A stretch of 64,000 nt of DNA from Lama guanicoe (taxonomy: Eukaryota): positions 4,347,167-4,411,166 of the forward strand of contig MU053482.1 in assembly GCA_013239625.1 (NCBI GenBank), read 5' to 3'. This document shows positions 36,516 to 49,699 of the stretch, piece by piece. Numbering within the stretch: position 1 is the first letter of the stretch; each line of letters begins with the position of its first letter. Under the pieces are notes generated by a model that worked only from the letters and a program-made list of their open reading frames with translations, was not told the DNA's origin and made no database searches. Both the position numbers and the translations under genes were made by a program.

Positions 36516-37100
36516 TTATAGGAGAAACTGAGTTTAAGAGAGCCCAAGTAATTTGCTGCTGCTAAATATTGAAGGAGAGCAAATTCATATAATCTATCTA
36601 GAAACTGAGCTATTAGCTCTACACTTTACAGTTTCCTCCAAGTAAACAAAATGGCAAGCAATATGATCAAGACAAACTGAAGCTGAATACTGGCTAGCAA
36701 TCACAAGGAAAGAGTGATCAGAGGAGTGGGAGAAGGACTGGACAAGCGATACCATCCAAAGGGAACAGCTTATGCAAAAGCACAGAGGTGGGAAACAGCA
36801 TGAGACACTGAGAAAACAGTGAATAGTCCCGTGCATTTGGAGGACAGATGTGGGAAATGAAGGGCAAAGGAGAAAGTGGAGAGAAGTGAGGGTAGAAATA
36901 CAGGAAGGGCCCAGATTAGGGGCAATCTCAAATAACACCTAACTTTCCCAGAGGAAATTAGGAGGCAATGAAAGATTAACGTGGAGAGAGGATGGGATAA
37001 TATTTGTATTACTAGAGATATATTTTTCAGGCTTTTCAGGCTGCAGCGTGGAGCAGGAGAGTGAAGAGTTAATGGTTCTGAGGAGGGAAGGGGAGCAGGA
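36225..37100 (-). mobile_element. L2 remnant with nested MIR fragment (~36380-36640)
   Basis: attcattcattcaaaaacatat...cccccaaggagttcaaagtctggcagggaa; gggaacagcttatgcaaaagcacagaggtgggaaacagcatg; MIR motif ttttataggagaaactgag. Confidence 0.75.
36456..36515 (+). repeat. (ATT)20 perfect microsatellite
   Basis: Read directly. Confidence 0.97.
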
Positions 37101-37119
37101 AGTGGGGGGATACTACCCT

Positions 37120-37285
37120 TCCAGGGACAGGGGGATGGGGTATGTGTGTGTGTGTGTGTGTGATGGTCACAATAAATGACTAGGAATGCAGCACTTGAAT
37201 CCAGAAATGTTATGTATCCTGCTATAGACAGGATAGGTCTTCCCAATGAACTGTCCTGCCCCAAATGCCCAGTGAGAAACCCTAG
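37120..37285. mobile_element. MER20-like hAT-Charlie remnant with (TG)n
   Basis: ggtcacaat...tcctgctatagacaggatag...gaactgtcctgccccaaatgcc...gagaaaccct. Confidence 0.6.
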
Positions 37286-37923
37286 AAAACAAGAAGATTG
37301 GAAATCATTCTAAATGCTTCTTTCCTTCACCCTCCCCCACCACACACATATTAATCATCTGAAAGTCCTGTGTCTTCCACTGCCTCTCTGCCTCTAAGTA
37401 CTGGTATCCCCATTTCTTCTTTTGACTGTGTGCTATTTGTCTTTGGATTTCTGACACCAAACACTGTATTTGGAACAGAGTGGGTGCTTGCTAGTGCTTG
37501 TTGAACCCAATGGAACCGCTTAATCCTGTGGGATAAACATTCCCTGTACAATGCCCTTAACTTGAGCGAAATCAATTGATGCCCTCCTCACTTGTGATCT
37601 TGACATGATTATTTCTCGCAGGTCTCTGCAAAGTTAGCGATTTCTGCTTGGTTTCCTCATCACATAGAAACACCACGTTTCATCATCAGTTGCTGTTCTC
37701 TTCAAAAACTCTTTATAGTGCCCAGCCTCCCCTGGGTAATCAGAGCAAATATAATGCCTTTACTTCATCTTTTTGTCACTTGGAGTGCATGGCAAGCCTT
37801 CATGGAAAATTTCCTCAGTTCACATTTCCTCTCAGAATGAGTCTTTATCTGAATTTAACTCTTCAGACACCATTTTCTCTCTCTCTCTCTCACGCACGTA
37901 CACACACACATTCACTCACTTGC

Positions 37924-38326
37924 TGTGATAGTCACTGGTGGTGTCCACTGAACGTTTTTACTAGAAAATGCCTTCTGGGCATATGGTAAGATTGTACTTC
38001 TGGGCCTCTTTGTGGTTGGGTAGGGTCATGTGGCTGGTTTTGATCCATGCCATCAGAGTAAAAATGCTGTAGGCCACTGTTAAATCAGAGCATTTAATTA
38101 CCGACACAGTACTCTTCAGAGTTGTTCCTTTTCTTCTGCCATGGAAACCAGTAATGTTCAAGATGATGGCCGTTCCACCCACTGCATCCTGGAGTGAGGA
38201 GCTGTGATCTGAGCCCAAGCCCATCTGTGACAGACATGTAACATGAACAAGAAAAACCTTTGATGTTGCAGCTGATAAGTTTGGGAGTTTGTTTTTCACT
38301 GCACACAACATATCCTATCCTGACTA

Positions 38327-38330
<4 letters not shown>
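37924..38330 (+). mobile_element. MaLR LTR (MLT1I/J-like)
   Basis: tgtgatag...ccttctgggcatatggtaagattgtacttc...catgaacaagaaaaacctttg...tatcctgactaataca. Confidence 0.8.

Positions 38331-38364
<34 letters not shown>
38328..38364. repeat. (CA)n microsatellite
   Basis: Read directly. Confidence 0.95.
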
Positions 38365-38367
<3 letters not shown>

Positions 38368-39084
38368 CACTAATACATACATTCTACATAAGACTTTATT
38401 TGACAAATGAGTCCAAGAGATAAGAAAAAAATCAAAGATTTGATTTCTTCCAATCAGAAATCCATGATTCTACGCAGATTCTTCCAACATTCCAGTCATC
38501 CTCCATATCCTTTCCCCCTACTTTGACTTTGTTCATTTACATATGCTTCTCTTAATTTGATAGGCACCGCCATAGAGATTTACTTGCACATAAAATTCTC
38601 TGTGAATTTTCGGATGGAGATCCACATGATGACCCACTTTTCCTTCACCACACGTACTTTCGCTCATCACAGCCATCAGTGCAGACTTACCTGCCAGAGT
38701 TGACAGCTCTACTCTGACAAGGTGAGACTTGTTGCAAGCTGTCCCCATGCTGTCTCTCTTTCCCTGAGACACAAATGAAAAGATGTGTCCTCACTTTAGA
38801 GTCACTACTTGTCTGAGAGTTTTCACCAACCAGTGCCTGGAAAGAGCTCTATGTGAAGACGGTTCCCAGCACACTTACTAGTGGCTTCTGTGAAAATAGA
38901 AGATACATGCAACTTCAGTGTTTCTTTGACAGTCTGGTGCTTTCTGGAACCTCCTTCTTTCAAAGCCAACCTAGACCACAAAGGTCCTTTGACTGCTAAA
39001 GATGGCTTCAATGAGATACCAGTTAGGATCTGGGGCATAGATTCAATCAGTAATTATCAAAAATTCTGTGCCTAGTCATTAGTC

Positions 39085-39195
39085 TGATAATCTCCCCTAA
39101 TTCAGTGGGTCTGGGGTGATGGCTTGGAATCCATATTTTTAATAAGGGGTAACTGATGTAGGTTGTTACAGAATCACAATTTGAGAAATTCTAGG
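39085..39195. mobile_element. MER5A-like fragment
   Basis: attcagtgggtctggggtg...ggaatccatatttttaataag...cacaatttgagaaatt. Confidence 0.6.
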
Positions 39196-40559
39196 CTTGA
39201 TCTTTGAGGGTTTTTTTTTTAAACCCTAGGAATCTGTGATTAATTTCAAATTTAGATAAGCAAGAGGTTCAAAACATTCAGCTAAAAATCCTGCAGGAAA
39301 AGCACTGGTCATTTCTGAACATTCCCCCTTGGTGGTGGGCCTGAGGCATAGGAACGTAGAACCGGGGGTTCTCGCTATCAGTAAAGGTTATAGGAGGCTG
39401 GAGGGAGGGTCTCTAACCTAATGGCAACAGTGACGCCAAAGCAGAACCCAGAGCTGGCAAGGAGCTATGGTGGGTAAATCAACAACTTGAAAGGGTTGCC
39501 AAACCAAGGTGAGGAAGGGGCCCAAAGTCGGTTCTGAAAGTGAAGCCTGAGGGCAGGGAAAGGAGGTGGACATACAAGTGACAGATCCACACAGTCATCT
39601 GGAGGAGAGAGCTGAGTGAATCCGAGGGACAGAAGCAGCGGCCTGGATGTCAAGCTACCCCTGGTAGGGGCCCAAGGAAAACCAACAGGGATGAGCCCAG
39701 CAGAGTGATTCCCGCAGGAAGGATAAAGCATTTCTGGGAACTAGATCCAATACAAATTGAGCTGGGCTTCAATCCAAAGTGGCCAGCGGGGCAGAAAGTC
39801 AGAGGTAAGTATAATTCGGGACCCAGGGTTGAGCCCAGTAAATCGGGTTAAAATTAAAGGTTGACTCAATGGGGCTAGAAATAGGAGACAAAGCTAAAAA
39901 CGAGGAGCTGGTAGAAATCAGGATGGAGTAGAGAGTAGGCCACCAGAGCAGGAGTGAAGAGGGATGTTCAAGGCAATCACCCTGCTTGCAGTCGTGAGAC
40001 TGGTCTCCTACTTTTATTGGCTCCACGTGCTATGGGGTGGGCAGCCTGGTTTGTAGGCAAAGGCAAGCACTGATCTGTCCCCACTGGGTCAAGGAGAGGA
40101 TGGGTCCCTTGCACCCCAGGCCTTCTTGTACAGCCAGAAGTCAGCCAAGGTCCATTCACCCAACTTGGCAATAAAACAGAGCTGAGCCATCAGATGCCAA
40201 GTGCAGCCCTGAGGAGTTAGGGTAGACAGCTGGGATTGCTTGGGCTATGCCGGTTACTAGGCTCATGTCTGAAAAACAAGCACAACTTAACAGGGAGACA
40301 GAAGGTTCTGAGAACAAGGAAAGGGCAGCATTCTCTTCTTCCTCCTCTTCTAGTTCCTCCCATTGCAGAGGCCTTTGCTGAAACACTAGGATATGGCCCA
40401 GTATCTCCACTGAGGGTTAATTGTTTCTCATCACAAATTTGGGCACATCCTTCCCCAATTAAAAATTCTTTGTGCTTAAGGAAAAAGTAATGTAGGGCTC
40501 ATTAGAGTTATGTTTTCCAATCAGTTAATAGAATGTGGTAGATAAGGGAGGGAGAAAGT

Positions 40560-40730
40560 AGAATTGGGCTGGAAGACTGGAAAATTGATTCTATTCCCAG
40601 TTCTGACATTTACTAGCCATGTGACCCTAAGTGAATCACTTCATTTCTTTAGGCTTTTGTTTCCTCGTTTGTAAGAAGAGCATTATTGAACTTGATGGTT
40701 TCTAAATATCCTTCCAACTCAGACATTCCC
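40560..40730 (+). mobile_element. MIR/MIR3 SINE
   Basis: ttctattcccagttctgacatttactagccatgtgaccctaagtgaatcacttc...tttcctcgtttgtaag...tccttccaactc. Confidence 0.75.
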
Positions 40731-42018
40731 GGGTGTCCATGATTCAATGAGCCTGATTGCACTTTCTTCCCACCTAACAATAAGGTTTAGGAAAATGCAT
40801 TAGCTGACCTTGCAAAAACGGGCACTTAATTGTTGGATGAATAGATGGAGGGGTTACTGAGTGAGTGACATGCGATGACACACATTTCAGGACATCTCCA
40901 ATGAAAGAGTTGCCATCCAAGTGAGGAGGAGACCTAAAGCAGATGAAAGTAAATCATGAAGCTAGGGAAATGGGGAGGTGGACATATGAGTAGTAGATCC
41001 AGACCCACCTTTGACCTCCACTGAGGCTGAATCCTAGAAACATTCATACAGACTCTCAGAACTCCAAGGCTTACCGTGTCAAATCAACCCACTGACGTGG
41101 GGAAGCTAAGAGTAGGAAAATTTACTTGCCTACTATCCCAGAGCTAGCTAGCAACAGAAGTCAGAACCAGCTTCTCTGCCTCTCCCTACTGTGCTTTTTC
41201 TCTGTAAGTTGTCTCATGTCTCCCAGAAGAGCAGCTAAAAATGGAGCTGAAGCTTTAGGCAAAAGCCTAGAGTTGATGACCCAATGTGACCTGAATGGCA
41301 AATTAATACCAAGGCAAAGGACATATTCCCAAAAATATTCCCAAAACGTTCCAAGACAAGCCCTATACCCCTTATCCCAGCCTGTGCTCCAGAACCACTC
41401 CCCATCCCCACAAATGCAGCTGAAAAGGAGCATAGAACAGTGTGCTCGGAAAAATGCACATCACATGAGAGAAGATGATCAGGAGCAAAGACAGAGAGAG
41501 CTAATTTTAGGGATTTTCTGGGAATAATTCCAAAGATATTTTGGCTTACCAAGCAGTTTACATGGGCAGTGGCAAAAAAGTTAGAGCCTCCTCCTCTCCC
41601 CAGAACCACGAAAAACCCCCTTCCCCTCTGGCCAGGAGCTTTGACAACTAACTTTCTTGTAAGGCATTCAAACTCTCTGGACCTCAGGTTTCTCTTTGAT
41701 AAAATAGAAGACAAAGCCTGTGATACTTAAATGAGGCTCATGTATATCCAAGCACCATTTCATCCACTCAGAACTCTGTCTTTGTTATTAGGTTATCTCT
41801 GCTTAAGAATCTCCTGTTGCTCCCTGTGTTCATTCTTATCCCTGAGACATTGCTTATTCAGTGTTCTTGCCTACTATCGAGAGTTCTTTGATCACTGAGC
41901 CCAGGGGAGGGCTTTCCTCCTGCTCTCTGTGTTTATGTCTATAATACTCATTTGGCACCATACCTGATGCCTAGAATTACAATGTTATTGTTTTTCCAGG
42001 AAAAGATCTCTTACTATC

Positions 42019-42521
42019 TGCAGTAGGCAGAGTAGTATGTTCCCAAAGATGTCTACATTCTAATCCCCAGAACCTGTGCATATATTGTGTTACATGGCAA
42101 GGGAGAATTAAAGTTAAAGAAATTGAGGTTACTAATCAGCTGACCTTAAGATAAGGAGAGTATCCTGGGTCATTCAGGTGAGCCTAGTGATGACAAGGGT
42201 CCTTAAATAAGGAAGGAGGAGGCAGAAGAGCCAGAACAAGAGATGGCATTGTGAGAGTGACTCAACCAGCCATTACTAGGCTTGAAGATGGATGGGACCA
42301 CAAGCCAAAGAATGCAGGAGGTCCCTAGGAGCTGGGGAGGGAGGAAATGGATTCTTGTCTAGGGCCTCCAGAAGGAATGCAGCCTTGCCAACCCCTTGAT
42401 TTTGACCCAGTGAAACTCATTTCAAAATTCTGATCTCCAGAACAGTAAGATAAAAATTCAGATTGTTTTAAGCCACTATGTTTGAGGTAAATTGTTACAG
42501 TGGCAATAGGAAATTTATACA
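42019..42521 (+). mobile_element. MaLR solo LTR (MLT1D-like)
   Basis: tgcagtaggcagag...cccaaagatgtctacattctaatccccagaacctgtg...gttttaagccactatgtttgaggtaaattgttacagtggcaataggaaatttataca (TG...CA ends). Confidence 0.9.
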
Positions 42522-42819
42522 CTGCCTGTTTCCCCATACAACTTATGCTAAACCATTGAATGTCATGGGCTATAGTCAATATTTTTCTTCTGACCACCAA
42601 AAAAGTACTAGACACAAAGTAAGCAACCAATGGTTATTTCTGAAGTGAGTGAATGAATGAATGAACTAACTGATACAAAAACAATTTGGAAATTAATCAA
42701 ATGATAGTTAGACTTAGATTATAAAAACTCGTGAAAGCAGACTCAGGTGCTGAGTGTAATGTTATATGATTTCATGGGTATTTCTTATGTTGCTATTATT
42801 TTTCCAAGGTCACATTATA

Positions 42820-43065
42820 CACTGGAAATAACCCTGCACTTGAAGTCAGAAGACCTGGGACAGAGTCCTGTTGCTGACACACATTAGCAATCTGACCTTG
42901 GACAAACTATGTAATTTACCTAAGCCTAGGTTACCTCATCTATAAAAGAAAGACACTATTCACTATCTCAAGAACTTCCTAGGGTTGTCTGGGGATCTGA
43001 TGAACCAATGCACCAAAAAGCGCTGTGAAAACTGTGAAACGCTATGCAAGTGGGAGGGGCTGTTA
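42820..43065 (+). mobile_element. MIR SINE
   Basis: gaagtcagaagacctggg...tgaccttggacaa...ctaagcctaggttacctcatctataaaag. Confidence 0.75.
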
Positions 43066-44039
43066 TTTACCACCCTCCTTGTTGGATGGGTTTTTAGCTA
43101 AGGAGTATTTCCTCCATGCCTCTACTGTACTCACATTACTATATAAGGCCTTGTGGGGGAAATGCAAGAAATGAGAGTTTTGGAAGAGTTCATAATCCAA
43201 AGTAAGGACTAAAGTGAAATTAGTTAAGTCATCCAGTTCTTAACTCTGGTCTGGGAGTCCACAACCACCAGTTACTCGGTTGGACCCAGGTACTGAGGGA
43301 CCAGGTTCTGCTTAGAATGGGCTAGGAGCCTCCTGCTACAGAACACAGTTCATTGAGCTAAGGGCAGAGCCTGGAGTTAACCACCTAAAAGAGGGGCCTC
43401 TCATTTGGGGAAGCTTTGTGCAGGTAGCTGGTCCTATCCCAGACAGAGCACTGTGGAGCAGCTTCTATCTGCTGGGTGACCCTTGCAAGCTCTGTCTTCA
43501 TTCTCTGGGACCTCCACAGACACATGGCCCGATGGGAATGGGGTTTGAGAGAAGCAGAGACCTTGGGCATATCCAGGCACAATCCGTGGAAGATCTCTGG
43601 CCATCAGGGCTAATGCTTTGGGCTTCTCAATGAAGCTTTTATCTCCTTGCGGAGTTAAGTCTTCTAAGGTGCCCCAGGCAAAGAAATGAGGTTGGAGAAA
43701 CTACCCTTATATAGCTCCTTACTTCTTAAAGAAAAGTGCTCTAGACTCCCTCACTTACTTAAAGAGTCCAAGACATTCACAATCCTGTTACTCTACAAAC
43801 TCATTAAAAAAAAAAAAGCTGAAAACATATGGCACAGAGCTTTTTATCTTGCTTCCCATTAGCCTCAAATTCTCTCTACAGCTCTTCTCAGCTTCAGAAA
43901 CGTGGAATGAAGTGTCTCTCTAATTATTTAAATCTAATTTCTCATTTGTGCTTTTGATCCTATACAAATTCATAAATGCAAAAGGAGAAAAACATGCTAC
44001 AGGCACAAAAAAGTGGTCATTATAGCAATATCAATAAAA

Positions 44040-46255
44040 TTAAGTAAGTTAGAATTCTGATTAAAAACGGCAGTTTGCTAGCATGTATTTATCTCTTCTT
44101 CATTCTGTGCTCCCACTAATACCGTAGAAAGAATAATTCTCAAAAATCACATAGAGAATTGGGAAAGTAGACATCAGCATGTGAGAGATTTCAATAAAGT
44201 TTTAGAAGGCTGAAAATCATTGGAGGGACAGGACTGGTTTGGCAGGATAAAGGACACCAGAGGAGGGTCATGGAAAAGAAGCAGTTTGCTCCATAAAACC
44301 CTGGAAAGGCTAAGAAATCAGGGGAGCCAGGGCACCTAGATTAAGGCAACTTGTACCCAACCCACCACTTCTTCCCTGGGAAAAAGATCTGAGTTTTCTT
44401 CTCTGGCAAAATTAACAAAAGTTTAGGGTTCAGAGGCATTTCAGAGCTGGAGGGCAGGATTAATGACAAAGATTAATTGAAAGTCTGTAAAATGAAGTGA
44501 TGGGTCCAAGTCTTCTTTTGTCCCCACCATCCAAACCCCAGGCAGAATGCTGGTAGTCAGGACCTTACTTGGGTAACAGTAGAGGTCTCTTCTCTGGCAT
44601 TTGGGGAACATCAATAAAATGACCAACCACTCATCCAACTATCTTGAAGTAAACCCCATCAGTTGAAAAGCACCACCACTACCCACTCCCACACACTTTC
44701 TTACTCAGACACATACACACATACACACATACATTTCTGTGTCTTAAATTGAACAGACAACCAAGGCTCACCAAATAATTGAGAAAAATCTCTAACATGA
44801 AAGTGAGAAATCAAAACAAACAGAAAAAACAAACAAAAAAACACTTTACCAAAAAGAGATAATGCAAAGCAAAAGAAAAGATTTGTTCCAAATTATTACC
44901 TTCAGTTGGATATAAGAAAAGAAAGAAAGACATGCATTAAACAGTAGGAAACTAAGACAGAAAACACTCAAAGACTGAGAAAGAGCGCTTGGAAATTAGT
45001 ATGTATGATTGAGAAAATAAAAAACTTGAATAGAATGCCTAGAAAATAAAGTCCAAAAAGGAAAATAAAACAAAAAGACAAAGAGATGACCAATGGGGCA
45101 GGAAAAAAAACTTTAATAGAAGCTAAAACCAAGCACTCTATTATACAAATTATAGGAGCTCTAGAAAGAAAGAACAGAGAAAATTAGAGGAAGAGAGTAG
45201 AAGGAGGGTATTACTACTTCCTTAAAGACGTGTCTCCAGGTTGAAAGAACTCATTGGCTACCTAGCACAACAAATGAAAAAAGAGCAACATTAAAAGTTT
45301 ATGAACATTTAATTTCCGGGACCAGGGATCAAGAGAAAAGTATATGATATTCTAAAATGAAAATAAATTATAAAGAAGAAATAAGAATTATGATGATTCT
45401 GGACTTTTCCTTAGCAACACTGGATGCCAGAAGACTATGGACTGAGGTCATCCAAATTTAATTGGAAACTTTTTTAACTTAAAGGTTTACACATAGTCAA
45501 ACTATCCACCAAAATGTAACAGTGGAACAAAGATATTTCAAGCATTTCATGAACCCCAAATTACCTCCATTTATTAGGAAGCTACCTGAGAATATACTCC
45601 AGTCAAAAGAAGGGAGTACATTAAGGAAAAAAAAAATGACATAGAAAACAGGAAGTAATGGATACAACTTAGGAAAATGGTATTGGGAGACTCCATGTTA
45701 ACAGAGGCGTAACTTCCTGGCATCACAGAGAACCCCAGGAGAGTCACCTTCAATAAAGAGAGAAGGGGAACTCCATATAATATCATAAAAAGTAGAGCAT
45801 TTGGAAAAGATTCAGAACACATGAATGGCAAAGTATGTACATATTTTTAAGTAAGCAATTATAAATTTGAAGAGTAATAAAAACACGAAGTAGAAATAAA
45901 ATAGAATTGTAGTAATATATTAGTCTCTGAAGTAAGCAATATTTGCAAAGTGGTAGTGATATAAAACTGATTACTTATTATGTAAAAATTCCGACACAAT
46001 TTTATTGTGAATTGAGATCTGGCATAAAAAAGCTAAATTCTTCCTATCATAACAGGAAGTCAATAGATAACATCAAAAATAAGCAAATGAGAACTAGCAG
46101 TAGAGTTATATTATTTAGAAATGTGGAATTAGCTATAATAAGAAACCCTAATTAATTAAAGAAGAGGTTATTTCTACCAGGTGCAGCTGAGATGGGATGG
46201 CACAAGGCAGGGAAATGTTGTCTTTTGTTATAAGCCTTTCAGATATAGTTCAGAT
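44040..46255 (+). mobile_element. HAL1 (half-L1)-like element remnant
   Basis: Degenerate ORF1-like A-rich body with HAL1-type segment aaattacctcc...aggaagctacctgagaatatactcc...aaagaagggagta; no ORF2 follows. Confidence 0.6.
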
Positions 46256-47066
46256 ATGTTCTAAAACAGATACATAATAACATGGGACATGGAACATTCA
46301 TTCTGGGGCATAATGGAGTGCCAGGGGTTGGATTTACCACCTCGCCTTACACAATTAGAAAACCAGACAAAATATATGGAACAATTTTTCAGACATTGGA
46401 CAGAAGGCAGCACAGGACCATGATCTCTGTGAGAAGAAGCAAATGCGGTAAGTTCTATAATTGCCCTAGAGTACTGCCTGAGGGCTATTTCCAGGCTGGA
46501 ATGCAAGGGCATGTGCTCCAAACAGCCTGACAGTCTTGAAGAAGAGGGAAACCAGAGTTCAGAAATGCCAGGGACCAGCATTTGCAGGAAAGAGTACCAG
46601 AGAGAAGGGCGGTGCTCAGAGAGAGAGAGAGCTTGAAAGATCTGCAGAAAGGGTCCTCTGAGTTTTGGCTGGGTACTGACCTGCACATGCGTAAGATGAA
46701 CCTGTCTGTGGCTGGTGAAAGAATCACCAGAAGGTAGTATACTGAACAGCTTTCAAAGCTCACCCAGGGCTGAGAATAGCCCAGATTGCCACCAGCCAGA
46801 GGAGGAAGACCTCATAATACAAATAACATCATCTAGAGTCTTTGGACAGTATTGCCTAAACTAACCCAACGACAAAGGCTGCCCTGGATTTGCTCCAACA
46901 AAGCTTAATTTCAAGCCAGAAAAAGATCTAACTAATCCCAAGAAACGTAACTGCATGCCAGGTCAAGTAAAACCAGCGCTATTTTTTCAAAATATACAAT
47001 GAAATCTAGTAGCCAAAAACATAAAACCAACAGTGTCTGGCATCCAATTAAAAATTACCAGACATG

Positions 47067-47759
47067 TAAAGATATAAACTTTTAGGTATAAGATAAATAC
47101 AGTCTAAAGATCTAATGTACAGCATGGTGATTAGAGTTAATATGACTGTATTGTACACTTGAAACTTGCTGAGAGAGTAGACCTTGTGTTCTCACCACAC
47201 ACAAAAAATGTAAACTATGAAATGATGGATGTGTTAACTTGTGGTCATCACTTCACAGTGTATACATATGTTAAATCATCACACTGTACACTTTTAAGAA
47301 ACTGTATTGCTACAACCTAAACATATTCAGGCATGCCTTGTTTTATTGTTCTTTGCTTTATTGCACTTTGCAGATATTGCATTTTTTATTAATTGAAGAT
47401 TTGCGGCAATCCTGCATTGCCAAATAATGGTTAGCATTTTTAAAGCAATGAAGTATTTTTTAATTAAGGTATGTACTTTTTTTAGACATAATGCTATTGC
47501 ATACTTAACAAACTACAGTATAGTGTAAACATAACTTTTATATGCACTGGGGAACCGAAAAATTCATGTGACTCGCATTACTGGGATACTTGCTTTCTTG
47601 TCACGGTCTGGGACTGAACCTGCAATATCTTTGGGATATGCCTGTATAATTTTTATTTGTCAACCATACCTCAATAAAGCTAGAAAAAAGTTTTTAAAAA
47701 GAAAGACATTTTGTTAATAATAAAACATTACTCTAGTAATAAAGTTTTAAATCTAAAGA
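47067..47759 (+). mobile_element. Younger L1 3' end inserted into the older L1
   Basis: gatctaatgtacagcatggtga...aacttgctgagagagtagacctt...tgtcaaccatacctcaataaagct + A-rich tail; flanked by a diverged direct repeat. Confidence 0.8.
47328..47644 (+). mobile_element. Internally deleted Tigger1-family DNA transposon
   Basis: Left end caggcatgccttgttttattg..., right end ...caatatctttgggatatgcctg followed by TA; both match recalled Tigger1 termini. Confidence 0.88.
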
Positions 47760-49699
47760 AAAAATTACTAAACATGAAGAGAAACAGGAAAATATAACCC
47801 ATTTCCAGAGAATAATCAATTGATATCAACAGACCCTGAAATTAGTGATGTGATGGAAATAGCAAGCATATTGAAATGGCTATTTAAAACTGCTTAAATG
47901 TTCAGGAAGGTAAAGGAAAATAAGACCATGATAGAGTTTTAGAAGATATATAATATAAAAGATCCAAATGGAATTTCTAACAACAAAAAACACAAAATCT
48001 TAAGTGGAGATATATATATATATATCTTCATATATATATATATATGAATTGGATGAGATTAACAGTAGATTAGACAGTATAAGAGGAAAAAAGACAGCAA
48101 TAGAAACTAAAATAAACCACAGGGGTGAAATGATTGAAAAAACTGATCAGTGTCTCAGTAACCTCAGGGACCATAACAGGTGATTTAACAAATGTGTAAT
48201 TGGAGTCCTGTAAAGAGGAAGGAGGACAGAAAAATATTTAAAGAAGTAATGGCTGAAAACTCTCCAAATCTGATAAAAACTATAAACCCATAGATCCAAA
48301 AAAGCTCAATGACTCCAAGGAGATTAAACATTTAAAAAAATGCAACAGACCACATAATAATCAAATTACAGAAAACAACTGATAAAAAGAAATTCTTACA
48401 AGCAGCCAAAGATAAAAATACATTATGTACAGAGAAACAAAGCTAAGAATGACAGGAGATTTTGTTGACTGTGCAACCCAGAAGACAATAAAGCTGTGAA
48501 CTAGAGTTTTATGCCCAGTAAAAATATCTTTCAAAAATGAAAGTGAAATAAACACTTTTTCAGACAAACAACATCTGAGAAAATTCATTACCAGCAGAGC
48601 TGCACTATAAGATATGCTAAAGGAAATTCCTTAAGCACAAGAAACATAATACTATATGGAAATCTGGATCTACTTAGAGCAATCAAGAGATATATGTGGG
48701 CTAAACTTAAAGACATTTTTCCATTGTTTAACTTCTTTAAAATAAACTGGCTGTTGAAGACAAAAATAATACCAGTACACTATAGGATTTATAACATATA
48801 TAGAAGTAAAGCACGGCAACAATAGTACAAGATGAGAGAAGGTTCTTACTTTGCACATGAAGCAGTATAATGAGCAGTGTACTAAAAGTACACCATGATA
48901 AGTGAAAGACGTGTATCATAAACTTGAGAGCAACCAATAGCAAAACGAGGTAGAGATATAGCTACTAAGCCAACAAAGAGATCAAATGGAATCATAAAAA
49001 GAATGTAGGAAAAGAGAAAAAGAAGGAATGAAAAACAGATAGGAAAATAGAAAACAAATATCAATATGATAGATTAAAACCCAAACACATCAATAATTAT
49101 ATTAAATGTAAGTAATCCAAACACTGAAAATAAAAGCAGAGATTGTTAGACTGGATAAAAAAGCAAAGACCAATTTTGTGCTATCTATAAGAACCCACTT
49201 TAAAAATACAGACACAAGTAAGTTAAAAGTGAAAGAATGCAATTCACCATGAATGCACTAATCAAAAGAAAGCTGGAGAGGCTACCTTAATGTAGATAAA
49301 ATACTTTTAAACAGGAGAAACCTGAATGTTTGGAAATTAACAACATGCTTACAAATAATTCATTTGACAATGAATAAATCAAAAGGGAAATTAGACAATA
49401 TTTTCAACTAAATAAAAATAAAGCTACAGGATATCAAAATTTCTGGGATAGATGTAAAGATCAGAGGTGCTTAGAGGAAATTTCGCAGATTAAAAGAACA
49501 GAGGGAAGATGTGGTGAGCACCACAGGTAAAACGCAATACTACTGCGTGTCAGAAGCAGAGGGAGGCGATGTCTGTCCAGCAAAAGCAATAGATTGTCAA
49601 CACACTGTCCCTCTGTCCTTTCAACTCGTCAAGCTTCCGTTCCATCTCTCCCCTTCTCTCTCAGCTAGATGTTTCTGAAGCATGGATACAATAGGGCTG

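Larger units (their letters stand above)
46290..49490 (+). mobile_element. Old LINE-1 5' UTR/ORF1/ORF2-start remnant (host of nested insertions)
   Basis: L1 5' motifs ggatttaccacc...aaaaccagacaaaatatatggaacaa; ORF1-like aaaactataaacccatagatccaaaaagctcaa; ORF2-start-like aattatattaaatgtaag...gactggataaaaaagcaa. Confidence 0.8.
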
